This document shows positions 21,401-30,300 of a stretch of 64,000 bases of DNA, piece after piece (positions within the stretch are counted from its first letter, which is position 1; every line of letters begins with the position of its first letter). The notes below the pieces were generated by a model. That model saw only the letters and a program-made list of their open reading frames with translations. It was not told the origin of the DNA and made no database searches. This stretch comes from Trypanosoma brucei (Eukaryota): the NCBI GenBank assembly GCA_000002445.1, contig CM000207.1, positions 544,001 to 608,000 of the forward strand, in the 5' to 3' direction. The position numbers and the translations under genes were made by a program.

Positions 21401-21693
21401 TCAAGGGCACGCTTGACACAGCCGCCGCAATGCACAACAATCACATTCTGCTTCTCTTCCTCGCTGATCCACTTCCGCACAGCTTTGAACCACAGAACAA
21501 GACATTGAGACATGAAGAGCAGCGCGTATTGATTGTTGGACTGCTGAAGAATGGCACATATGATAGACTGGTCCGCTTCCGCCTTTGTAAGTTGTTCAAG
21601 TGATGCCTGCGCCCGCTGCCTGATTGAGGGATCCGGGCTCGAGTACATTTGTTCTGCGAGGCAATCAACCTCCGAGACACTGCTAGTCTGCAT
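18427..21693 (-). CDS. XPO7: Exportin-7-like karyopherin (RanBP16 family).
   Basis: It is a 1088-aa ORF with an ATG start. The N-terminus is importin-beta-like (DPSIRQRAQASLEQL). Segments CFSFDFRAIMVDDTEDLPFVHFPCAWKP and GWVRDLRGACQAL parallel human exportin-7 (CLNFDFIGTSTDESSDDL..IPTSWR and GLVRDLRGIAFAF). The length (~1087 aa) also matches. Confidence 0.8.
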   Translation of the reverse strand: MQTSSVSEVDCLAEQMYSSPDPSIRQRAQASLEQLTKAEADQSIICAILQQSNNQYALLFMSQCLVLWFKAVRKWISEEEKQNVIVVHCGGCVKRALENGAPKHVVSALLSAYAKLTKLAFEADPLLEGAVNYPIELLRHEADGTNMQLLGLMMLNALVVEFSKYDSSRSKTYLGFVAHRHCSGNFNEKCLLNILVEALKLLEKLTVNTPHITEIVKLVENCFSFDFRAIMVDDTEDLPFVHFPCAWKPTILSDQTLQTLWGQHAALPHPHCASLLSAISNICGTYRSFFETVEERLQYIEFTLTKLIQVTMLQDGRLKIPRYIETLAEAFRRVVLSLGYRELRQVAVFEQWVTAFQSISVDVLSITFGQEGSFSTATAVMAFWVALTTSKRRSYSEQCPQDIEVAVLPVLRAFLVARIHGADASGGDSFSLEDADGGLAEAVLAQSDAYANVCLLDPATYLGDFANYLNQQVGMSIFTSPLSTGWLFYIAGGVAWLVLFSMESSGIEPCSHVFAYARGCADHRRNHSGNPALFSSFVERGMLHFLTNMQSVITGARHGNLSAVVTNVFQDRGQLFQFVLDNVGHNLLRGPDSLDAVDIIRSSADVIVEACREAPPQLLRELSLELPPTSDLPLAQSEQTYKLRTNITKALWFVRSTGSYTRERMESYLSNVDFSMQRTVNNEVNSPSFIAGWVRDLRGACQALKEDQLSSLDFIDWFLSRYSVFVTIVDTAGDSPIVVTALMRFLCELVTPGKYGRLHISSSSNSAVGLMLFKHLCDLVEKVEKRTFSIDHLMALSSLSGSYNKVLKPWMLAMDIMKRCMEGSFVPFGAMLYYNDDTFERTTVDLLRKLALVGTNVFKEHGKFTVVAVDLLRLLVEENLYFCLRGLTGDELVGLINAVITVCEDVDTQSGVLVHGLGFLTFISGLVQEVRAIALSPSLRPTDTHGPDQSPAPFTQPFGSSRLSSPMPPVQQSIVSRPPRLATEVREHLARLLAPHDSVWQRLLSTAMNIIVFQDRAVNSSCAVVHHIFEAHPPFWFNYVEQLIMSFPEGKHATLREAFSVLTNAAETREKFFSEVFTLRQVLRRLGT

Positions 21694-21901
21694 TGTAAAA
21701 TAGATTTCTTTTCCTATTCTTCTTAAAAAGAGAACGGTTTTGTTTTGTTTACGGTGGGAAGGGAAGGGTGGCAGTAAAAGTTAGTGAAGCATTTTTCAAT
21801 CGTTTGCATTGTGTACATGTATGATTTCCTTTACTGCCCCTGACAGCGCGCACGGAAACAGGCAAATACAGACGGGGTGAGACCAGATACGTATTCGTAT
21901 C

Positions 21902-21926
21902 TATATATATATATATATATATATAT

Positions 21927-21966
<40 letters not shown>
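21902..21966. repeat. Compound microsatellite: (TA)12, then (ATTT)10.
   Basis: Read directly: tatatatatatatatatatatatat followed by ttatttatttatttatttatttatttatttatttatttattta. Confidence 0.95.
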
Positions 21967-22603
21967 ATGAATAACTGGTGATAAAGAGAGGAATTACCCT
22001 AATTAGCAGCCCACGCGCTTTGGCTGCGTGTGCACACGTATGTTTGGTTACGCCACCAGTTCACCAACTTCGCACCTCAAATCCACTGACAGCACTAACC
22101 CACTGAGACCTATCAGGTTGTCGTGAACCCCTTCACTCCATTACCTTTTTTTTTTGATGGCATTGCCTGTGCTGGTGTTGCTGCTCCGTTTGTCTGCAAT
22201 GGCGGATATACATTTACCTTTCGACTGACATATTACTTTGCCGATGACCATTGTGGCTCTTACCTCACTCTCCCGCCAATAATACAACGGAACCACGCAA
22301 GTAAGACGGAAAGAAAAAAGGGAATAGAATAATTAGAATAAAGAAGATAGCACAACAAAACAGTAGTGTCTTATCACAATGAGAAGGAGAGACAGGAGTT
22401 TGCGTGCAGGTGTTGTAGCAAAACAGTCAAGCTCACGCGAAGCGCAATTTCTTTATAACAGTTTGCGGAGGAAACAGTGAGACTTCGCAACGGTATGCGA
22501 AATACACCCCGTAGTCGACACAACAAAGACGGTGGAGCAAATAAAAACATCAATGGTCAAAAAAGTGCGACTACGTCACCGATATCCCGGTGAGTGTTGT
22601 GAC

Positions 22604-23293
22604 TCAAGTGAAGGCGCTCGCGGTGAATGGCTCAATGTTTGTCTGTATCTGCATATTGAAGGCACGGGAGTTGGCTAGAGACGGATCCTCATCCATCGCA
22701 TCCCGCGCCGACAGCGGGAAAAATTTTACCACGTCAGCGTCAGATCCGATGATGTCTGCCCTCACAGTCCTACACAGGCGGCGAAGCAGTTCAGCGCTCG
22801 TCCGTGTTAAACAAAACGGGTTGCACAGCGCTGCAGATGCGGCCTCATACGTCGAGCGGCAGAGCGGCAGGACAGCATCAAGTGGAGCGTCGCCCACAAC
22901 TGCCAGTACGGTTCGGATGCCAGAGGCCGACTGAAAGCCGTAAGTAGTGAATGTGTAACTTCGTATGAGTTTCCCCAGAAAACGAACATCAGCTCCAGCT
23001 GTTACCCGCGCAGAACCTCTAGGAGAGGCAGAGCCGTCACCCGACTTCTCGACGTTGGCCATCTGCTGCTTCCGCCGTTCTTGAACAATCTCGTCGCACC
23101 GATCCAATGACGATAAGATGAGGACGTGTAGCCGCATAACATCCTCTTCTCCAACAAAAACGCCCCCACGACAAACCGCCGGTACGCCGCCATGTCCGCT
23201 GTTGGGAGAAGTAAATGTGCGGATGATAAGCGGTTTTCCGTCACCGCTAAAGAGCGCAAGGGCAGCCACAGCCCACGACTGAGCGGTGCTCAT
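22604..23293 (-). CDS. Sedlin-family TRAPP subunit (TRAPPC2L/Trs20-like longin fold).
   Basis: It is a 229-aa ORF with an ATG start. The N-terminus VAALALFSGDGKPLIIRTF resembles TRAPPC2L. YGFQSASGIRTVLAVVGD, followed by the CNPF motif (..AALCNPFCL), matches the sedlin C-terminal signature (MCNPFY). Confidence 0.6.
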   Translation of the reverse strand: MSTAQSWAVAALALFSGDGKPLIIRTFTSPNSGHGGVPAVCRGGVFVGEEDVMRLHVLILSSLDRCDEIVQERRKQQMANVEKSGDGSASPRGSARVTAGADVRFLGKLIRSYTFTTYGFQSASGIRTVLAVVGDAPLDAVLPLCRSTYEAASAALCNPFCLTRTSAELLRRLCRTVRADIIGSDADVVKFFPLSARDAMDEDPSLANSRAFNMQIQTNIEPFTASAFT

Positions 23294-24014
23294 CCGGCTT
23301 CTTCTCTATAATCGCGTCTTTCGGTGCGTAACGCAACGCCACACTAGCTCTCCCTTACCCACCTCACCCTGACTTCTCTTCATTGTCATATATGCAGAGG
23401 GAAAAAGATATAAATACCAGTGGCAGACCCTCAGAACAGTAACTAGTACAGTTACAACAATAATGATAAATAAGCCCAGCAGTACCAGAGCAAACAACAG
23501 CGAGAAAGAGATAAGCGTGCGTCCGCCGTTCCGTTCCTCCTAAACTTCATCCTTTACACTCCGCTAAAGCATAACGGCCTACGTGCATGGTAAAGAGGGC
23601 TTTAGGAAGGGGTAGTCCCCGTACGAATCCCCCGACTTACTCTTGTGGTGTAGGAGTGCGGATGCTCCCCTCTTCACGTCTCCATTTAATCATAACCGTT
23701 TGTTTCGGATTGTGTGGAGGTCTAAAGGAATGGCCGCGTCCTTATGCGTCATTTAAAAGGGTTAAAGGAAGAAAAGGGGGGCGATTGAGAAAGAATGGTG
23801 CAGAAACTTCTGAAGTCCGAACGCGGAGATGTTCATCAAACAACAAACGCACGGACATACAGTGTGGAGCAGACAGCCACTGCGGTGATGGTGTGTGTGG
23901 CGAATCCAGGACGAAGTAGGAGCGCTCATGAGGGAAAGCGTCAACTCGGCGGAAGACATGGTTGGGATACTGTTTCAAGTTGTCCGTAAAGTCATATAGG
24001 AAAGACACATCCAA

Positions 24015-24189
24015 ATCTTGCAGCCCTTTGACACCCAAATCATCCAACATATCAAAGTAGTCGGTAGGGTAACACGGTACTGCTTTCAACGAAGCACGGA
24101 AAACGCCAGAACAAAAAGATCTTGCAGCCCTTTGACACCCAAATCATCCAACATATCAAAGCAGTCGGTAGGGTAACACGGTACTGCTA
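24015..24189. repeat. Tandem direct duplication with a 104-bp period: copy 1 at 24015-24118 and a partial copy 2 at 24119-24189, with one mismatch.
   Basis: The 71-nt string atcttgcagccctttgacacccaaatcatccaacatatcaaag[t/c]agtcggtagggtaacacggtactgct occurs twice, 104 nt apart, in the intergenic region between the CDSs at 22604..23293 and 24680..26710. Confidence 0.9.
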
Positions 24190-24679
24190 CCTCTCCCTTT
24201 CTCAAACGACAAATGGCAACTGCATTTCCCCCCACAACGCAACATTCACTACACTACAGCAAACCTACCCAGAACAAGAGAGGAAAAAAGAGAAAAAAAA
24301 AGAGACGTGATGAAATGGAAAAGGGGCAGATAGTCAATGTTGGCACGCTAGGTAGAATCCACTACTTTCGGTTGCCTGTCAGAGTGTTAAGAGCCAATTA
24401 TACACCTAGGCCGTCAGAATGTGCAAATCGTACCGCGTATTTACCGTGAAAACACCCTCGGTGTGTAGCCAAGGTTCGATATGCGATTTAGGCGACAAAA
24501 CACCGTCAGTGAAGAGGTCACCCTGCTCTGCCGTCGCAATGATTCCCCGACCGCCATACATGGGTATGTGCACAACTCCATCGTTCGCTCATTCGGATGT
24601 TTTACCACACGCGAAATATGCGATACCATTGACCATCAGTGTGCGCAGTCGGTCAAGAATATCGTTGGTACCAATAGCT

Positions 24680-26710
24680 TTAAAATCCAGGTTTTATCCC
24701 CCTGGTCAGTGTGGGAAACCCCTTCGGCTGCACTTTAGCATTGTTGATCTCCAGCACATCGCCCATCTTTTGATACTCAAACCTTCGACTCTTCTTCCCA
24801 TACGTACCACGCAGTTGGTCCAACATTTTCTTTGCAGCCTCTTCACGGTGCCAGCGATTGGTTAACATGAAAGTGTGCGCCATGTCATCAATGTCACTAG
24901 TTGGGACTTGGTCCACATACGGCTCAGCGTAGAACCCTTCCCACTTCAGTTGATCCTCTGCTTCAGCGTCAGAGTTGAAGGTTACTGCATGCGACAGAGG
25001 CCGCTCAACAGGAAGCGTGTCGACTCTACTATTACTGGACGCAAGATATTCATCCATATGAGGGTTTGTTTGTCGATACAAATGACGCATGCGCTCAGCT
25101 ACCGTTGGCGAGTCGTCACCACTCCGCTCTCCTTTTTCCTGACATTCCACCATCAACTCCTCATCATGTTGTTGTTTCCTTCGCCTTTCCTCTTCCTCCC
25201 GCTGCATTGCGCTTGCCGCCAGAAGTTCTTCTCGTTTGCGACTCTTCGCCTCCTGTTGAACCTCCTCCACATACCTCACAAGCGCATCACCATCAAAATT
25301 GTACGGAAGCGCCAAAAGTCCGTTCGCCCAATCAATATCGACATCAGGGGAAAGAACGAAGGTCATTTCCGACCAATCCCATGGAGCGAGCGAGGGGCCT
25401 ATACGGAACAGTTCCTTTGACCATTGTAACCGCTCGGCGTACGTGCAATCGTTGCTGAAGGCGTCGACACCTCCTGGCTCAACCATAGTGCGAAATTCTT
25501 TCAGATGCCACAGTGTAGATTCCAACATTTGCTTGGACAGCTCATACAGACGCTGCTGCAGTGGAAGTTTAGGCGAGATTGCCTTTAACCATGGGCGCAG
25601 CTGCTCCGAGGTGAGGCTGCAGTTAATGATAACCACACCGTTGGCTCGTGTTGCATGACGGTTCCCCACCTCCAGCGTTAACTTGGACAGCCCGTACTGA
25701 ATCAACAGCTCCCTGTTGCGGTGAAGCAGCTCCATCAACCGCAAAGCATCTTGGTGACTGCACGAAACTAGAATGTCATCTAATTCCAGCGCTGTGCAAA
25801 GCTCGGCAATAAGTTGTTCGATAGTTGATGCGTATTGAGTGGCAACCTCACGGCAGTGGGCAACCCCTTTTTCGTTATGTGCCATGAAGCTGTGAAACTG
25901 CTCAGGGGTAAAATCCCATGGAATCGTTATTGTGCCAGTGAGGTCACCGATGCTAAATTGGTTCGATACAATGACTGGCATTGACTCCCATGCCGAGTAG
26001 TTCAGTTCCCCGAGGTGGCGCTGCAGTGTGCTCAGAGCGGCGGCGGACTGCAGTGGTGAAAGATCCCGAGAAAACAGAATTTGGTCGGCTTCAATGAGTT
26101 CCTGCAGTGTTGGAGCGGGTGTAAGGCTCCACTGTACAGTCATACTTTCCACCGCCTCGTCAAGCAACGATTTAGGCCCAGTTGGGGCGCCTCGGTGTTG
26201 ACTTCCTCTCGGCCGCCGCCTCAGTGGTTTTGCTTCCGCACGCGCCGCCGTGGCGTCCTCTGCCTCGGATATCGACTCTGTCACGGAATCAATGCAAGCG
26301 GCCCGGCGAAGCAAATCGCGCAGGAATTTATTCACCGCACGTTCCACCGTTCCACGGTGATTGTCACTTGGTGCGAAATTCGAAGGGAGTTCAAAGGTAG
26401 ATTGGATGATTGTTGGCGATAATGACCCATCTCCCATGCTGCGGCCCACAAGCGAAGAAACTGGGGAACCGGACCCCTCCCTTCTTGTCTCACCATTACC
26501 CATGTTGTCGTCAGGTTTCCTGTAGAATGTAAGTGTAAATGACGAAGAGGGTGGCGGTTGAAGATGGCCACTCTTGAATGCCTTGGCCCAACTGAGCAAC
26601 TCATTGAGGCGGGCAACAGAACTTTCATTAACCGTCTGTTGGCTACGGTTGTGGTGGAAAAAGTCAGGATGCACCTTCAAAAAAAAGGAATGAAGGGCCT
26701 TCTTGTACAT
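24680..26710 (-). CDS. Hypothetical protein, possibly TCAIM-like (DUF4460/DUF4461) with an N-terminal J-like HPD motif.
   Basis: It is a 676-aa ORF with an ATG start. The N-terminus ALHSFFLKVHPDFFHH...NESSVARLNELL parallels the N-terminal DUF4460 consensus of TCAIM as I recall it (ALRPFYFAVHPDFF....NENSLKRL). The family assignment is from memory only. Confidence 0.6.
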   Translation of the reverse strand: MYKKALHSFFLKVHPDFFHHNRSQQTVNESSVARLNELLSWAKAFKSGHLQPPPSSSFTLTFYRKPDDNMGNGETRREGSGSPVSSLVGRSMGDGSLSPTIIQSTFELPSNFAPSDNHRGTVERAVNKFLRDLLRRAACIDSVTESISEAEDATAARAEAKPLRRRPRGSQHRGAPTGPKSLLDEAVESMTVQWSLTPAPTLQELIEADQILFSRDLSPLQSAAALSTLQRHLGELNYSAWESMPVIVSNQFSIGDLTGTITIPWDFTPEQFHSFMAHNEKGVAHCREVATQYASTIEQLIAELCTALELDDILVSCSHQDALRLMELLHRNRELLIQYGLSKLTLEVGNRHATRANGVVIINCSLTSEQLRPWLKAISPKLPLQQRLYELSKQMLESTLWHLKEFRTMVEPGGVDAFSNDCTYAERLQWSKELFRIGPSLAPWDWSEMTFVLSPDVDIDWANGLLALPYNFDGDALVRYVEEVQQEAKSRKREELLAASAMQREEEERRRKQQHDEELMVECQEKGERSGDDSPTVAERMRHLYRQTNPHMDEYLASSNSRVDTLPVERPLSHAVTFNSDAEAEDQLKWEGFYAEPYVDQVPTSDIDDMAHTFMLTNRWHREEAAKKMLDQLRGTYGKKSRRFEYQKMGDVLEINNAKVQPKGFPTLTRGIKPGF

Positions 26711-27370
26711 TTTCCGTCGCTGCCACGGTCGTAATTGGATGGTACGCCCCCATCACGACGCACCGAGAAAGAAAAAAAAAAGCAAATGAAAATGAGGAGG
26801 AGAATACACAAAGCACATCACTGACTTGGTGGACGCACTTAACCATCAATATAGTGCACATAATGGCACAATCGTTCGGTGGAAAAAAAAAAACATCCAA
26901 ATATGAATGTAGACCAATCCTTTGACAATGCACGCACTACTTCACGGTACCCCTCTTACCGGATGAACCCGGGCATCAAAAGACAATTTGAAAGACGGCG
27001 TACACTGCATATGGGGCAACAGCAAACGCCACCGGCCACGATGAGGAAAAAAAAAAGAAACACCGCAAACACACCAAAACAAATACTTCAATATTCAAAA
27101 TGACGAAACATCGCTATAAGCAAACTTCCTCGGAGACAGAATTATTTTCTGTTTAAAAAGTTATCACCCCACTGTGTCACGCTCTGACGTATTATAACCG
27201 CCTTTCTGCACATACTGATTCCCCTCATTCCCCCTCACAACACCTTTTACACATGCTAGTCTGCAATTATCTCCGCTTCTCAGTGGAGAGTAGAACGAGC
27301 ATAGTACAGGCGTAACACAAAGAAAAGGAAGTTTATTAGTATCGACGTAGCCTACCGGGTTCAATGACAT

Positions 27371-30300
27371 TTACGTATGTAGGGAACGAGCAGCCGCAGC
27401 AGCAGCTTGTCGTCTTTGTTCATTTATTGTGTCGCGAATCATTGAAACCGCACGTTCTCCCGCCTCGTGAATGGCGGTGACAGCTCTACGCGCCTTCGCT
27501 GCGCTCTTCAATGTGACACGCATTGTCACTTGGCGATTCAGAAGCTGAGCTGCCGTCGGCATCAATGTTAAAAACATTGAACCATTGCTGTGCTCCGCAC
27601 TGCCTACGGCCGAGATGGATGAATGTCGACTTATCACACTGTTTTCACCCGCTGCCATATTCATCTGTGAGTTACGGTTGCTGCACATGGAAGGTGCTCC
27701 TTCCTTCTTCCGTACAGTGGTCAATATCAGTTGTTGCAGCCGCTGCTCCAGCTCGGAAGTGGTGAGGCCCAAAGTCTCTGGGTCGTAGTGCCGCTCTACA
27801 TGAATAACCACATCGTTGCCACTGGTGTGCGTGTCGTTGGCCGCATTCCCTCCAACTTCGACAGAACACCTTACACCGCTCGCAATGGGGTGCACAAGCA
27901 CAAGGGATTTACGAGAGGAGACACGAAAGGCAGAGTGCTTCACAAAGTACACAACAAGGAAAACGTCCCATTCCACAGCAACTGTCACACACACACGCCC
28001 CCATTTACCTTTGCATATGCGGTTCTTGTGTCGTTGTCGCCTGTCCAAGAGAAGGGCACCGTGTGCAATCGCATTGTAGGAGAGGTATTGTAAACGACGG
28101 AGCTTTTCAGCGAAAACTGACTCCATGCTGGTGGCAATACTCTCGTCATTATCCTCTGTGCTATCTTGAGCGACACTGGGGGCACCGTTTGCCTCGTTTG
28201 GAAGTTGTGACACCAAGTCAAACTGCCTATTCACAGAAGAAGACAGCGAAGAGATTGTAGAGGGGGGTGAAGCCTCGTTGTTCGCAGCGGACTGAGCGGT
28301 AGCGACGGGCGCCTTCTGGGGGCCAACCGCTAGTGCGTGGTTCATGAGTTCAATCCGGGGTACCCTGCGACTTTCCGCGGGTTCTCTTGCCCCCATGTCC
28401 ACACCTTCACCCGACCTTCTGGGTTTCTTCGTGCTTTCAACTTCCTTGTCTGCATGCGGTAAACTAGGGTGGATGTCTTCACTTATCGTACCTTTGGTTG
28501 TCTTTCCCGAGTCCTTTCGGGTACGTTCTTGTGCCTTTGCTGCTGTTGATGGGGCCTCGACAAATGCATCCAAACTCTTCAAACCCGGAAGCATTAATTC
28601 CATTAACAGTCCATCTTCATCGTCATGGAAACAATGTACCAGCGCACTTATCGTACGGTACTTCTCCAGAACGCGTGGACGCACCTGCCCGGTTGTGTCA
28701 CGCTGCTGCAAATGCTTCTCAATAGATGAAACCGTGTTATATGTCGCCTTGGTGCTAAACATGCCTGCAAAGCGTGGGAACGCCGCTTCGCCTTCCTTCT
28801 GCTGCAGGTCCACCAGTCCGCTCGATACCGCCGCATGGGGAAAACTCGTTACCACGCGCAGCTGCATACCAGGAGGTGAACTATCAAACACCATGCGTAC
28901 AGATATTACAGCCGATGACGAACGCTCAGTCCTCAAAGAAAGTTTGGCTCCTGCTCCTTCGTTCCCGTTGCTTAGATTGGGGTTAGCCTTGCCTTCCAGG
29001 GTGTCTTGCAGGAACGACAGCACGTCAGCCTCCAGCTCACGTCTCGCCATCTCCCCAACCTTGTCGGAGCGGCTCAGTAACCTCCAACCGCAGCAAAGAA
29101 TACTCCCTTCCCGGTGTGGTAAAACAAAAAGATGTGCCTTCGTCCTCCCAGAAGGCGAGGAAGGCGAACGAACAGAGCGCTCTCCCTCCGCGTTAACGCC
29201 ATGAAGACCCGAAGATACGCTCCTGGGAGACATATCAAGGGAGGGCGGTACAGGTTCTATGGGATGTGGTATCGCTCCCTCCGCTACCGTTTTTTTCGGC
29301 AGCGTGCTAGCAGGTTTGACATTTATTTGCCCGTTAGACAAACCATGATTACTATGCAACGTTTCTCCCTCCTCATCTCTTCCTTTACTGCCTTTTGCCC
29401 TCTTCCTGATCCTCTCACCGGAAACAGCACCTTCCATATTTGAGAGTGAGGCCTCCTCCGCAGAAAAGCAAACGGAACCCCCAGATATTTGTGCTTCCCC
29501 GGTTTTCAGTTTCAACCGCCCCCTAGCAGAAGAAGAAATAGGTGAGGTAACGGCACACTGTTCCTCGTCGGGCATATCAGCAGCACCAACAAGCAGGTCG
29601 TTCAGGTCCTCCAGCAATTGGTCTTCCCGTCCGTGGTGAGTATGGACAAACGATTCCGCTGTTACGGAACCTAGGTATGCCCGGCGGTGAGAAGGAGCGG
29701 CATTCAAGACGCCTCGAGCCACCTCAACCATGTCTACACCATATACCTGCATTACCTTCGTGAACCGAGGGAAGGCGGTACCTCCATCGACTTGGCTAAC
29801 ACAACTACGCAAACGTTTTTCTAACGTGGACCGACTCTCATTCGACACAACGAGCAGTCTGCTGGTATTCCCCTCCGCATTGATATAGCCGCTGTCACAG
29901 CTCGTTTTGTCGTCGTCAGTTGGAGAGCGGGACGACGAGGTATCGACAAGTAACGTAACAGACTCGACTACCGCATCGTCGCAGTATCCATCTGGTGGTT
30001 GGAGGCACATCAAAAGATCTTTCTCAAGACGCGCACGCGCGTGCTCACCAACTGCATCGTCACGCCGCAGCAACGTCCAGCCGCGGCATATCGTGTCACC
30101 TGCCCGATGGTAATATCGCATAATGATATTCCGTTTGTTGCGGAACTTTAGCTTTCTCTGGAGAGTCGATGAACTCCTGCCCACTCGATTAGGTATTGTG
30201 CGCTTTTTCTTCGCTTGTAGTGCAGTGGTTGTGGTTCCATGAGGCGGCTCCGCATGCCGAGTTGGTGAGTGGAAGTGCGGCAATATGTCGCCTCCTTCGG

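Noticed and set aside
28344-29204. A 286-aa plus-strand ORF antisense to the LRR giant gene. Similar long antisense ORFs occur at 49254..50015, 35847..36539, 46060..46755, 24875..25420 and 11196..11618.
   Set aside because: Each overlaps a much longer, motif-supported minus-strand CDS. Their peptides are low-complexity (S/P/R/A-rich), as expected from GC-rich third positions on the opposite strand. Every convincing gene in the window is on the minus strand.
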